Position numbers and translations under genes: made by a program. A DNA stretch of 57,280 nt from Escherichia phage KS_W4: the sequence record PP627281.1; one strand, 5' to 3'. The notes beneath the pieces are model-generated. The model was given only the letters and a program-made list of their open reading frames with translations. It ran no database searches and had not been told where the DNA came from. Shown here piece after piece: positions 37,610-47,008 of the stretch (positions within the stretch are counted from its first letter, which is position 1; each line of letters opens with the position of its first letter).

Positions 37610-38337
37610 TAGTTGATACCTTTCATTTTGTTGATAACAGAACCTAAGTGTGGGACTTCAACCGCATCTAAACGTCCCGAACGATCCTTAGCGATTGTAT
37701 TAAAGTCCGGTTGAGTTTGCAAGTAACGATATGAGTTACCTTGCTGATCCTTATTTACATTCAGACGAAACACTTCGTCGAAGAAGTAAGGGAGCATTTG
37801 CCCCAATTTGGACCCAGGCATAGATGGAGCATACGCGGTAACACCGGAGACTTCATCTTTGTCTTTGCCCATTTTAGCAGACATATAAACATGTTTGCCA
37901 GGAATATCGCGAAATTTACGGATCAGATCTTGCATCTTTTCAAGCAAAGTACCATAAGCTTGACGAGGATCTTTTGTTCCTTTTTTCGCATTGTTTAAAC
38001 ATTGTTCAGCAATTTCGCTCAAGCTGTCAAGCGCAATAGAATCGAAATACTGCTGGTTAGCTGGAGTTACGCACCACTGATAAGCAGCTTCAACGTCCTC
38101 CAGACATTTAACTTCGATAACAGGAATGTCATAAACGATCGGCAATCCCATGTTACCATAAACGCGATTAAGGTTTTCCGCTGCAATAGATAACAGACCG
38201 GACTCTGCGCTGATCAAAATTGGTTTAGGTAGTGTGGCTACAAGGCTGGTTTTACCCATACCAGCTTCACCGTAAACCAGAATTTTAACGCCTGTGTCTT
38301 GCACTACTTGTGAAGACATTTTAATTTCAATGGCCAT
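37609..38337 (-). CDS. RecA-like ATPase (Sak4-like, putative)
   Basis: 242 aa; Walker A GEAGMGKTS near N-terminus; small size typical of phage Sak4-type ATPases. Confidence 0.5.
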   Translation of the reverse strand: MAIEIKMSSQVVQDTGVKILVYGEAGMGKTSLVATLPKPILISAESGLLSIAAENLNRVYGNMGLPIVYDIPVIEVKCLEDVEAAYQWCVTPANQQYFDSIALDSLSEIAEQCLNNAKKGTKDPRQAYGTLLEKMQDLIRKFRDIPGKHVYMSAKMGKDKDEVSGVTAYAPSMPGSKLGQMLPYFFDEVFRLNVNKDQQGNSYRYLQTQPDFNTIAKDRSGRLDAVEVPHLGSVINKMKGIN

Positions 38338-38402
38338 TTAACGCCTCTCTTTTAAGTTCGTGCTCATTGTAACGTAATATACTTTGAACCCTCAATTACT
38401 TT

Positions 38403-39329
38403 TTAATCTAAAGCCTGATCAGTTTCATCGCGGAAATGCATAAAGTTAGCAAAACGCGGTTTATCTTTAACGCCATGAGGAAAGTGTTTATATGAAATAG
38501 TCCGACCTTTAATCTTGTCAGGGTTATTCCAATAATAAATCTTATCCTCTTGCGTTAATTTACCAGGACTAACGTTGATTGTATTGCCCGTCTTAACGTC
38601 TTTACAAACAAGCGTCCCGATCATACCATTAGGAACTTTATTTTCCTGATGTGAAGATCGTGTAGTCCTTCCCAGCTCGTTAACGGTAGCTTCATTAAGA
38701 TTAGTTTCACCCTCAATAATATCGAGGACAATAGCGTCTTCCTGAATAAAGCGTTTAATACGAAGATATCCACCTTCGCGAACTGTACCGCGCCCATGCT
38801 TATAAGGCTTTTCAGGATCGCGGATAATAATACCTTCATAACCCATATCAAGCCAAATGTTTTCCCAGTAGAGCAGCTCTTGCAAAGACTTAACCACATA
38901 CATTGGCACAACTTGCAGGTCGAGCAATTCGCCTTTAGCGTGCTGTGTGGTTATAAAATCTTTCATCATGTTGTAGCGTGCTTCATAGCCCAGGTCTGCA
39001 ACACTTTCAGCGCACAGATCAAAGATGTGCCATTTCAGGAACGGTTCACCTTCAATTGTGTTTACCGCACTGGTTGTTTTACGGCACAGGTCTGGATCTG
39101 TTTCTACACCTGCTGCGAGTTCACCGTCATAGCCCATGTATTGAGGACCGCTGAAAATCGCGCTTGTATGGCGGTTTTTAAACAGCTTTAAGCTGCGCCC
39201 TACTATCTGCCCGTCCGGATTTAAACCGCGCACACCGTCGATTTTAGGCAGTATGCAGCACGGAAACTTAATCTTTTCTTCAACAGCGTCAGTCGCTAAA
39301 TGTGGTTTGAATGCCATTGTTAACCTCAT
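38403..39329 (-). CDS. ATP-dependent DNA ligase
   Basis: about 305 aa; nucleotidyltransferase motif I KIDGVR (KxDG); alternative ATG at 39317. Confidence 0.7.
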   Translation of the reverse strand: MRLTMAFKPHLATDAVEEKIKFPCCILPKIDGVRGLNPDGQIVGRSLKLFKNRHTSAIFSGPQYMGYDGELAAGVETDPDLCRKTTSAVNTIEGEPFLKWHIFDLCAESVADLGYEARYNMMKDFITTQHAKGELLDLQVVPMYVVKSLQELLYWENIWLDMGYEGIIIRDPEKPYKHGRGTVREGGYLRIKRFIQEDAIVLDIIEGETNLNEATVNELGRTTRSSHQENKVPNGMIGTLVCKDVKTGNTINVSPGKLTQEDKIYYWNNPDKIKGRTISYKHFPHGVKDKPRFANFMHFRDETDQALD

Positions 39330-39949
39330 TCATAATAATCATGTTGATGGGAACTGCTGCGTATACCGCAACGTTCTAAAAGTATTGCAGCTTTTTGAGC
39401 TTTCTCTTTCATACGAGTATTACGGCGTAAATGTCCGCTACCCTTTTTAGGTCTGTTTTCCTTTTTCTTTGCTTCGGAAATAAGCTCTTTGCATTCCTGC
39501 AAACGGATCTTGCTTCTTTCCAATCGCATAGCAGAACGCGCACGTTCATCACAAAATCTTTGAGCTTTGCTACGCTGGTCCTGATTACTTGTATGACCTT
39601 TAACGTGGCGAAACTCAATAGTAAGGTTATATTTACGAAGTTGATCGTTCAACCATTTGAAAGCTGTACCTTCCTGTTCGCTTTTCCAGCTTGCCTCTTT
39701 ATACACTTTAATAGCTGTTGAACAATCTGTTTGCACAATTAAATGATCACCCGATTGAATTAAATTAGCTTTCAATCCTTCCCAAATGACATTACAAATT
39801 GCCATCGTTTCAGCGGCATTGTTATCCGGAGCACCTCGTAATGGGCCACCATTAGCATTATTTCCACGGTTACAGACTACCCATCCACCATATCCCGCGG
39901 CTTTTGTATTTGGGCAAAAACTTGCATCAGAAATAATTGTTACTCTCAT
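39326..39949 (-). CDS. RNase H-like protein
   Basis: 207 aa; acidic residue pattern (IISDAS ... AETMAI ... QTDCS ... KGHTSN) resembling RNase HI; basic C-terminal tail. Confidence 0.5.
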   Translation of the reverse strand: MRVTIISDASFCPNTKAAGYGGWVVCNRGNNANGGPLRGAPDNNAAETMAICNVIWEGLKANLIQSGDHLIVQTDCSTAIKVYKEASWKSEQEGTAFKWLNDQLRKYNLTIEFRHVKGHTSNQDQRSKAQRFCDERARSAMRLERSKIRLQECKELISEAKKKENRPKKGSGHLRRNTRMKEKAQKAAILLERCGIRSSSHQHDYYE

Positions 39950-39960
39950 TGTTTTTCCTT

Positions 39961-39988
39961 AATAAAAAAGGGGTCGAAAGACCCCCTT
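39961..39988 (-). terminator. rho-independent terminator
   Basis: AAGGGGGTC-TTTC-GACCCCTT followed by TTTTTTATT on the minus strand. Confidence 0.7.
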
Positions 39989-39993
39989 GTAAG

Positions 39994-40224
39994 TTATGCA
40001 GGAATAGATTCTTCCGGTTCTTCAGGGATCACGATTTCAATCTCTTCTTCATTTTGGAAGGTTAGACGGAAACCATCTCCTGGGCGCCCGAAAGCAAAGG
40101 TAAGGGCTATCGTATTATCCTGCTCGTAATGACAGATACTTTCTACTTTCATTTCGTTACCGTAAAAGTCACGGTAAATCATTCCAGGAAGTGCATCTGT
40201 TGCCTTGATCTTTCTTACAGCCAT
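39994..40224 (-). CDS. hypothetical protein
   Basis: 76-aa ORF with GGGGGAA RBS. Confidence 0.45.
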   Translation of the reverse strand: MAVRKIKATDALPGMIYRDFYGNEMKVESICHYEQDNTIALTFAFGRPGDGFRLTFQNEEEIEIVIPEEPEESIPA

Positions 40225-40235
40225 TATTCCCCCGT

Positions 40236-41138
40236 TTACAGTTTGTCTTTGAACTCTTCGATATATTGCTCGATCGGATACTGCTTGCGCTTGAAACGAT
40301 CAAACAAGATTTTAGCAGATTCTACGTCTTCGTCGCTCTCTTTACTTGCGCCCGGTGCCATAAAATCACGCCATGTAAAACCGTTCAGATTATGCATCTT
40401 AGCGATGTGTTTATTGTAACGACTTTCCCAGTCCACACGCGGACCTTCCATCTTGCGTAAACCGCGCCCAAGCACCTGTACATATAAATCTTTCTGACGT
40501 TGTACAGCTTCGCCATTATAAGGTCCGGTTTTAAACTCAACAACACTACCGTTAAGATCTGCACCATCCGCAAAGTTGTGTAGCATAGTTTCAATAACGT
40601 CATTCAATGTTGGAACCGTCACTTTACCCTGGGCAATACCTGCCAAATAACCGACATTTTCTTCACCGTACAACTCGATCAGTTCTTTCTTGGTCGCTTC
40701 TGCTTCTTTATTTGCAGACAGAGCTAACATCTGTTGTTCGAACATGTGTTCCTGTTCCAGGAAGTGGGCATAGCGTTCTTCGTCCACTTTGCACACAATC
40801 CATTTATATTCAACATCCTTGCTGAAGTCCGGATACTGATCCACTTCTACTACTTCCGTAGTAAAGAACTTGCCGTTATATTGAATAACAACAGTATCGT
40901 TGCACACAATCCATTTATATTCAACATCCTTGCTGAAGTCCGGATACTGATCCACTTCTACTACTTCCGTAGTAAAGAACTTGCCGTTATATTGAATAAC
41001 AACAGTATCGCCCGGTTGTAATTCGTCGCTTTCCAGGGCACGGTAGGTATAAAGACGACCACCTGCTTCAAACTTAACTTTGACAGTTACAACACCTTTT
41101 AACAGGGCATGATAAGCTTTCTGAAATTCTTTACGCAT
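40236..41138 (-). CDS. hypothetical protein with internal 37-aa tandem duplication
   Basis: 300 aa; AGAGGAAA RBS; contains two adjacent copies of DTVVIQYNGKFFTTEVVEVDQYPDFSKDVEYKWIVC. Confidence 0.5.
   Translation of the reverse strand: MRKEFQKAYHALLKGVVTVKVKFEAGGRLYTYRALESDELQPGDTVVIQYNGKFFTTEVVEVDQYPDFSKDVEYKWIVCNDTVVIQYNGKFFTTEVVEVDQYPDFSKDVEYKWIVCKVDEERYAHFLEQEHMFEQQMLALSANKEAEATKKELIELYGEENVGYLAGIAQGKVTVPTLNDVIETMLHNFADGADLNGSVVEFKTGPYNGEAVQRQKDLYVQVLGRGLRKMEGPRVDWESRYNKHIAKMHNLNGFTWRDFMAPGASKESDEDVESAKILFDRFKRKQYPIEQYIEEFKDKL
40789..41010. repeat. perfect 111-bp tandem direct repeat (2 copies) inside CDS
   Basis: Copies at 40789-40899 and 40900-41010 are identical by eye; period 111 bp (37 codons), in frame. 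Confidence 0.85.
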
Positions 41139-41179
41139 TTTAGTTTCCTCTTGGGCGGATTGACCGCCCGTTAATGTGG

Positions 41180-41590
41180 TTAAGCTTTATTTGGAACGAT
41201 TTCCAGTGACGCAGATCCAACTTTAGATTCAACGCACTGGTTGAAGACTGCGGCTTGCTCCGCTGTAAGTTTACGCCAAGCCGCAACTTTCAATACAGGT
41301 TTATTTTCCACAAGCTGATCAACGTTAACACCAACTTTAATCAGATCGCCCAGGATTCCGTTAAGACTTGGAAGATCAATTTTACGATCAATCTTGTGGG
41401 TCATTTTCATAACCCCGCCAGTAATCTCAACTTTATTAGTCCCTTCAGACGGCGCTGGGAAATAGGACTTAATAATCTTATCACGGAGTGCTCGCTCACG
41501 AGCTTGCAGCTTCTGCAATTCCGCTTTAGTTTTATACCACTCAATTACATCTGCTTCTGTTGCTTGTACTGCTTTATCTGCGTCGAACAT
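41180..41590 (-). CDS. hypothetical protein
   Basis: about 136 aa from ATG 41590 with AGAGGA RBS. Confidence 0.4.
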   Translation of the reverse strand: MFDADKAVQATEADVIEWYKTKAELQKLQARERALRDKIIKSYFPAPSEGTNKVEITGGVMKMTHKIDRKIDLPSLNGILGDLIKVGVNVDQLVENKPVLKVAAWRKLTAEQAAVFNQCVESKVGSASLEIVPNKA

Positions 41591-41653
41591 TTTTCTGTCC
41601 TCTGTTGTGTTTCGATGTATGTATAGTAACACATCCATGTGCTTAAGCAAGAC

Positions 41654-42244
41654 TTATTTTTTATCTAAATGACGTGAAGTCATGATCGGATGCGTAGCAG
41701 CTTCTTCCTCTGCTGTAACCACATTGGCAGATGTACCAGTGGACCCAAAGCCATTGGCACCGCGCTCAGTAGTTTTGAGCTCGTCTACTTCTACCAGTTG
41801 CACGCAAGGCACCTTAATAAGCATAGCTTGCGCGACACGGCTACCGTGCTCAACAATGAAGCCTTCTTCATTATCAATGGTAAGCTTAATCTTAACTTCC
41901 CCAGTGTAATCGCTGTCAATAACGCCCACGCAGTTAGCTAGTCGCACGTCATTTTTAAATCCGTGCCCGCTGCGGGAATAGATCATAAGCGCGTAGCCTT
42001 CAGGGATATCAAATGCTAATCCTGTGCGAATAACTTCACTTTCTCTGAAGTACACCTGATTATACCCATCCGCACGTAGATCCGCGTGCAGGTCAAAGCA
42101 AGCTGCCCCGGCAGTAGCGAACGCTGGTAGAATTGCGGTGTCTGTTAAGCGCTTCACACCGACCGGAATTGTGCTTAATGATGCGGCAAATTTTTCAACA
42201 TCAATTGCAAAAGAATTTTTTGTGATATTTAATACGTCAGTCAT
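41654..42244 (-). CDS. dut: dUTP diphosphatase
   Basis: 196 aa; dUTPase motifs AGAACFDL, SRSG, GVIDSDYTGE, RGANGFGSTG. Confidence 0.8.
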   Translation of the reverse strand: MTDVLNITKNSFAIDVEKFAASLSTIPVGVKRLTDTAILPAFATAGAACFDLHADLRADGYNQVYFRESEVIRTGLAFDIPEGYALMIYSRSGHGFKNDVRLANCVGVIDSDYTGEVKIKLTIDNEEGFIVEHGSRVAQAMLIKVPCVQLVEVDELKTTERGANGFGSTGTSANVVTAEEEAATHPIMTSRHLDKK

Positions 42245-42253
42245 AATTTCACC

Positions 42254-42721
42254 TTATTGAATTGAACCGCGATCAATTAACCATTGTTTCGCGTGCGCTT
42301 TAAAAATAATGCGATAGTCGTCAAGACTAATCTCCGCGCGGATGGAATCTTTAACTTCGTACCACTGCCACTCACCATTGCTAAAGACAACTGGATTGAG
42401 TGGTAGAACAACCTTCCATCCTTTACGTTCTATTTTATACATCAGAACTGGATATCTGCCAAGCTCTTTAGCGGATTGAACAGTCTGCTTCCACCATGTG
42501 TTCACCTGTGGCGTAGCATGGTTTTTTACTTCAACCGCATGGTGGCATGTATTGCTAATATCGCAACCACCGACCGCACTTTGATTCTGGTTACGCTGAG
42601 CAATAGGTTTCTCCGGTAACTGCATCCCCAGCTCTGCGTAGATTTCGGCATAAATTGCATTAAAGAAATCGCATACTTCCCGCTCACCGCGTTGACCTTT
42701 AGCGCGAATATTTACTGCCAT
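42254..42721 (-). CDS. Holliday junction resolvase-like nuclease (Hjc-type, putative)
   Basis: about 155 aa from ATG 42721 (GGAGA RBS); KGQRGEREV ... D ... EVK arrangement reminiscent of Hjc-type PD-(D/E)xK resolvases. Confidence 0.4.
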   Translation of the reverse strand: MAVNIRAKGQRGEREVCDFFNAIYAEIYAELGMQLPEKPIAQRNQNQSAVGGCDISNTCHHAVEVKNHATPQVNTWWKQTVQSAKELGRYPVLMYKIERKGWKVVLPLNPVVFSNGEWQWYEVKDSIRAEISLDDYRIIFKAHAKQWLIDRGSIQ

Positions 42722-42792
42722 GTTTGTCTCCATAACTTTAATGTAAAACACTTCATAAAGAATTTTATATTGAAGTTCTGTTGATCTCAAGG

Positions 42793-42826
42793 AACAAAAA
42801 AGCCCAGGCATAAGGATTCCTGGGCT
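42793..42826 (-). terminator. rho-independent terminator
   Basis: AGCCCAGG-(loop)-CCTGGGCT followed by TTTTTTG on the minus strand. Confidence 0.6.
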
Positions 42827-43138
42827 CTCTTGATTGTCGGATAGCTTACTTTGACTGCCGTCTTCGTCTATCCTGGCCTACTTGTACAGCCTCGCCAAAG
42901 GCTGGTGACGGTTTGGTACATCTGGCGCCGTCGAGTTAAACATCGTTCACGTCGTTCAGTAAGTTGCGGGTTTATCCTGTCCGCTCCAGGAAGCCCAGCG
43001 AAAGTAGTTGCTGTAAGGAGGTACAGCTACCGCTTTCAAGGGCTTGAGTTAAGCATCGTTCACTAAGTTAATGTTGTTAAATTGTTAAACCTCGTTAACT
43101 GTGGTTATCTTAAAGGATGCAGTCTTGAATGGCAAGCT

Positions 43139-43456
43139 TCAATTTTGCGCGGTTCCCTTTGCCGCTTTTGGTGCTAAAGTACCATCATTTAACATCAACT
43201 CAAAACCTGTTACTTGATCGGTTGGAACAATAGGGTAATTCATGATAGCCATGTGGATACAACACCCTCCATCACATTCGTCGATGTATTCACTACCCCA
43301 ATAGTATAAATGACCATCTCTTCGAATATCCATTGCTGTAGGGAAATCTACAAGAATTCTTTTGATTTCTTTTCGTCCTTCTTTATGCAGATTAGTTTCA
43401 ATACGGATAAGCTCCGCATAAATTGCTTCACAAATAGTGTTTACAATTCCCATCAT
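43139..43456 (-). CDS. hypothetical protein
   Basis: 105-aa ORF; Cys-rich segment CDGGCC. Confidence 0.4.
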   Translation of the reverse strand: MMGIVNTICEAIYAELIRIETNLHKEGRKEIKRILVDFPTAMDIRRDGHLYYWGSEYIDECDGGCCIHMAIMNYPIVPTDQVTGFELMLNDGTLAPKAAKGTAQN

Positions 43457-43650
43457 TTACCCCTTAAGTTTTGAATCATTCTATCACAGGCAGCTTTTAC
43501 AGAAGAGTTCTGCCACTCTTCCTCAATTTGTGAAGGTTCTTCAGGCGAATAAGCAGCACTAATCAAGCACTGATTATAACCTTCAATATAAGCTTGCTTT
43601 GCGGTATCTATTATTGCTTGTAAAGCAACATTAAATAATTGTTGATCCAT
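43453..43650 (-). CDS. hypothetical protein
   Basis: about 65 aa from ATG 43650 with GAGGTG RBS. Confidence 0.35.
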   Translation of the reverse strand: MDQQLFNVALQAIIDTAKQAYIEGYNQCLISAAYSPEEPSQIEEEWQNSSVKAACDRMIQNLRGK

Positions 43651-43833
43651 CTCACACCTCACAGAATGTACATAAACCAGAAATAACCAGCTACGAAAAT
43701 AGCACCCGCGAATAATTTTAAAAGCTCGAACATTGTTCCCTCCGTTAACTTTATGATGTAAGTATAGCAGGACTTGCGATGTATGCAACAACTTTAGACT
43801 TGAAATGCATCTATAAAATAGCACGATTTGCCT

Positions 43834-43862
43834 TTACATCTGATCAGTCTAACTGTACTATT
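43834..43862 (+). promoter_or_regulatory. putative sigma70-type promoter (TTTACA-N17-TACTAT)
   Basis: Hexamers with 17-bp spacing about 30 bp upstream of the ATG at 43892. Confidence 0.35.
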
Positions 43863-43891
43863 AACTCATAAGCAAAACGGAGGATTACAAA

Positions 43892-44116
43892 ATGGTCATG
43901 CTGAATAAAGTATATAGCACAATGGGCGCGGATTATAAAGTTGTACGTCACCCGCGTACTGGCAAATTTGAAGCATATATCCGTCCAATGGGTGAAGGTT
44001 GGATGTATTACGGTACTTATGACGACGCTGAGCAAGCTTATGAAGAAGCGGAAAGTGCAGCGGAAGCATCCGAAATTATGGCAAGGTACGACGTCGATGA
44101 TTACTATCTCAACTAA
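43892..44116 (+). CDS. hypothetical acidic protein (orphan plus-strand gene)
   Basis: 74-aa ORF with strong RBS (ACGGAGGA); own promoter-like element upstream and terminator downstream; opposite orientation to all neighbours. Confidence 0.5.
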   Translation: MVMLNKVYSTMGADYKVVRHPRTGKFEAYIRPMGEGWMYYGTYDDAEQAYEEAESAAEASEIMARYDVDDYYLN

Positions 44117-44118
44117 CA

Positions 44119-44148
44119 ATAAAGGGCCGAAAGGCCCTTTATTTATTT
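44119..44148. terminator. bidirectional rho-independent terminator
   Basis: AAAGGGCC-GAAA-GGCCCTTT followed by ATTTATTTG. Confidence 0.7.
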
Positions 44149-46479
44149 GCTTAAGTCTTTGAAAACACTCTCAATTGACTCGTCTATATACCATCCCAAC
44201 CCCCTGAAATTACGCTTCAATGCATCCTCACGCGTAACCGGAACAAGCGCGCCCATGTCTACAAGTTGTTTGATAGTCAGGTCTGTCGCAGTACCTGCCC
44301 CCATCCTGTGATTCTTGAATGCTGCTAACCCGTAGGTTCTGCGTGTGATAGTTGCCTTCGGAATAATACCGTCAACTCGCAGCTCCTTACGATCACATGC
44401 AATTTTACCGCCAAGATAATCTTTGCAGACCTGGCAAATAGCCTTCACGCGCGTTTCATCATCACCGCCAATAGTACCTTTTTCCCATGCGTTGATCATG
44501 ATGTCTTGCCCATGCGTGACAAAATCTACCGCCCATTGCATGTGATTGGGCTGAACGACAGGATTGATCCAGTTTTCCCCCACTGCTAACAGGGAAGCAA
44601 GACGCAGAGCTTTAAGGTGCGCACGGTTCCACGGCTGACGGATAGCTTCGTCTTTTGTTGCGTTAATGTGTTCATCGCACAACAAGTTAAACTCCCGCTC
44701 GATCCTTGCAGCTTCAGGGCTTAACTGGACGGTAACGGTCTGGAACTTTGCCATTGTCACTAACGTGTGGTTAACAAGATGGCACACCATGTCCTTTAAT
44801 TGCTGTGGCATTGTAATTTCAGGATTCTCGTTTGCAGGAACACGATCCCCTTCATATTGCACAATGTGGAAACGGGACAAGAAACCGTCTTCCATCATTT
44901 CACGTGTTAACGCTTCAAAGAATGTGTCCGGTGTTGTTTCGCCCAAAATGCTGAACGCTACCCCTTCCATCGTTTTGGTATTATTAGCCTTATCAGAATA
45001 TCCGATACCGCCAACAACATCCATCGCACCAGATTTTTGATACACATCTGTAATAGTTTGCTTCAAGGTGTAGTTCGCAGTGCCTGGCTGAGCTGTCGCC
45101 ATACCTTTAATGGTTTTACCAAACTCACCGTTAATATTCACAAACGAAGTATGATCCGCAAAACTTTTACGCAAGGCAGGACCGGAAGCATAGTTAGTCA
45201 TGTCTACAAATTCATGCACTTGCGGCAATTGCTCGCCTACCTGCTTACAAATATAGCTGGGCCCAGCGTGAAGCATTTCTTTACCCACACCTGATCGGGC
45301 AATGAGCACAAAGTAACCGTTCAGCCCTGTGTTGGTGATAGTATTCCATACCTTACCGCATACACCTGACAAGAATGCTAACGATGCAGTGATTGCAATT
45401 TCTTTCACCGGACGCTGCGATGCTTTGTAGATATACTTCGCAAGCTCACCAGCAAGTCCCGGCGGCCATTCAATAGCTGTTGCATCAATGGACGTGCTTT
45501 CTGCAACTACTATTTCACCGGACGGGCTGACTGTGGTTACAGGCATTTCCGTTACCTGCTGCATTGCACTGTGTGCGGCTTGCATACGGGCAGCGTAATC
45601 CCGCGCCAGTGCCGCTACGTTTTCCTGGGCAATGCGTTCACGCTCCATACGACCGCGGCACATGCGCAAACAACGGTCAATATGAACATTGTTCTTATTA
45701 GCCTTCTCACGTTTGCCCAGTGCGCTGTAACGGAACAGACGACGACATTGCTCATTACTTTCTGTGTAGAATGCATACATAGAAATAAGAGCAAGATCTG
45801 CTTCAGACTGGGAAGGGAATCCCATTTCAACCCATTCGCCATTGAATAGGCGTGCATACTTATCCCCGTTGTCCGCTTCAAGTGCGCGCTGGTGAATAGT
45901 TGCATCGTCTTCTACCGGATCTTTTTCTACCAGTTCAATTTCATATGTCTTGCGCTGAAGATCAATTTCATTCACAAGCATAGTAAGGTAATGATCACGT
46001 TCTGCAACTGGTTTGTTATAGACAGGATTACCCGTGCAGATAATAAAACGCTCCTGACTATAAACCTCGACACCATCACGTCGACGTCCTTTGCCGATGT
46101 TTCCTCTTAACCACAGGTGGACGCCCAAGCCTGAGCGACTTACTTCGGTGTAAGTATCGAACGCGGTCATGATCTGTTCAAAGCGGCGCAACTGTTCCGG
46201 CGTCGTGTGCTTCTTGGGATCAGGTTCATTGGTTGCGTTCTTCACATCCAGGTCGATGCAGGTGAACGGGTCTTGCGCAGTAAGCACGAAGCCGATGTAA
46301 GGTTTATTGAAATGAGCGGCGCAACCTTTGGCAGCTTCAAACGTCATTAGCATATCCGGATCGGTAACGTCCGCAGCCATCAAACGTCCAATATCGTTAT
46401 CCCATACAAGCGGCTTTTTATCAGCATCGGCGATCGCCCATTGTGGGAAAGCTTTAATTTCAGCGGGAAACAGTTCCAT
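44143..46479 (-). CDS. primase-polymerase (AEP-type) / helicase replication protein
   Basis: 778 aa; N-terminal AEP-like motifs (CIDLDVKN; SRSGLGVHLW); central P-loop-like ARSGVGKE; large size typical of primase-helicase fusions. Confidence 0.55.
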   Translation of the reverse strand: MELFPAEIKAFPQWAIADADKKPLVWDNDIGRLMAADVTDPDMLMTFEAAKGCAAHFNKPYIGFVLTAQDPFTCIDLDVKNATNEPDPKKHTTPEQLRRFEQIMTAFDTYTEVSRSGLGVHLWLRGNIGKGRRRDGVEVYSQERFIICTGNPVYNKPVAERDHYLTMLVNEIDLQRKTYEIELVEKDPVEDDATIHQRALEADNGDKYARLFNGEWVEMGFPSQSEADLALISMYAFYTESNEQCRRLFRYSALGKREKANKNNVHIDRCLRMCRGRMERERIAQENVAALARDYAARMQAAHSAMQQVTEMPVTTVSPSGEIVVAESTSIDATAIEWPPGLAGELAKYIYKASQRPVKEIAITASLAFLSGVCGKVWNTITNTGLNGYFVLIARSGVGKEMLHAGPSYICKQVGEQLPQVHEFVDMTNYASGPALRKSFADHTSFVNINGEFGKTIKGMATAQPGTANYTLKQTITDVYQKSGAMDVVGGIGYSDKANNTKTMEGVAFSILGETTPDTFFEALTREMMEDGFLSRFHIVQYEGDRVPANENPEITMPQQLKDMVCHLVNHTLVTMAKFQTVTVQLSPEAARIEREFNLLCDEHINATKDEAIRQPWNRAHLKALRLASLLAVGENWINPVVQPNHMQWAVDFVTHGQDIMINAWEKGTIGGDDETRVKAICQVCKDYLGGKIACDRKELRVDGIIPKATITRRTYGLAAFKNHRMGAGTATDLTIKQLVDMGALVPVTREDALKRNFRGLGWYIDESIESVFKDLSK

Positions 46480-46488
46480 TGCAAATCC

Positions 46489-46734
46489 TTACTTAGAAGC
46501 TAGTTTTAACATGGATATAATTGCCGCCTTAATAGTATCAACTGTGTCCTGGACTTCTTGCTTGGACGCAAATGTGTTAACATATTCCACGCTATCCAAA
46601 ACTTTAACGTATAAGCGATAGCCTTCACCTTCCACATGTTCAACAACATAACCGTTGATGTCTAAAGACTTGCCAAAATAGCAACATGAAGATTTTGAAT
46701 TAACCTGTTTCATGAAAGGATCAATTGTAGCCAT
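46489..46734 (-). CDS. hypothetical protein
   Basis: about 81 aa from ATG 46734 with GGAGGA RBS. Confidence 0.4.
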   Translation of the reverse strand: MATIDPFMKQVNSKSSCCYFGKSLDINGYVVEHVEGEGYRLYVKVLDSVEYVNTFASKQEVQDTVDTIKAAIISMLKLASK

Positions 46735-47008
46735 AAATCTGTTTCCTCCGCCATTCTTCATATGCTGAATTATTTGCATCATATACTTCGCAAGCGTCTT
46801 TCATGCTGTCATACAGTCCAAGGAACGTTCGCCTTGTTTCCCCGCTTGCATCTACCCATGTTAATCGGGCGAGCCATTTACCCGTTTTGTAATCGAAAGT
46901 AACGCCCTCACGCCCGCTCACATTCTCCCGAGGCACTCGCGGTTTCCGGCGTGCAAGCCCGCGCCCTTTGAAGTTGCTCCCCGGCACCGTGCGACACTTA
47001 CGACCCAT
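46721..47008 (-). CDS. AP2-like DNA-binding domain protein (putative)
   Basis: about 95 aa from ATG 47008 (AGGAG RBS); basic N-terminus; GVTFDYKTGKWLARL...LGLYDS..A...Y pattern resembling AP2 domains. Confidence 0.4.
   Translation of the reverse strand: MGRKCRTVPGSNFKGRGLARRKPRVPRENVSGREGVTFDYKTGKWLARLTWVDASGETRRTFLGLYDSMKDACEVYDANNSAYEEWRRKQIYGYN

Noticed and set aside
42827-43138. Possible tRNA gene in the non-coding gap
   Set aside because: No convincing cloverleaf or GTTCRANYC T-loop found by eye on either strand; left as an unclassified ncRNA candidate.
43659-43733. 24-aa hydrophobic minus-strand ORF (MFELLKLFAGAIFVAGYFWFMYIL) with GGAGGGA RBS
   Set aside because: It has a good RBS but lies in the promoter region of the orphan plus-strand gene and is too short to call without expression data.
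43844-44119. 91-aa minus-strand ORF overlapping the plus-strand orphan gene
   Set aside because: The plus-strand ORF has a strong RBS, promoter-like element and terminator; the antisense ORF is Cys/Phe-rich and has none of these.
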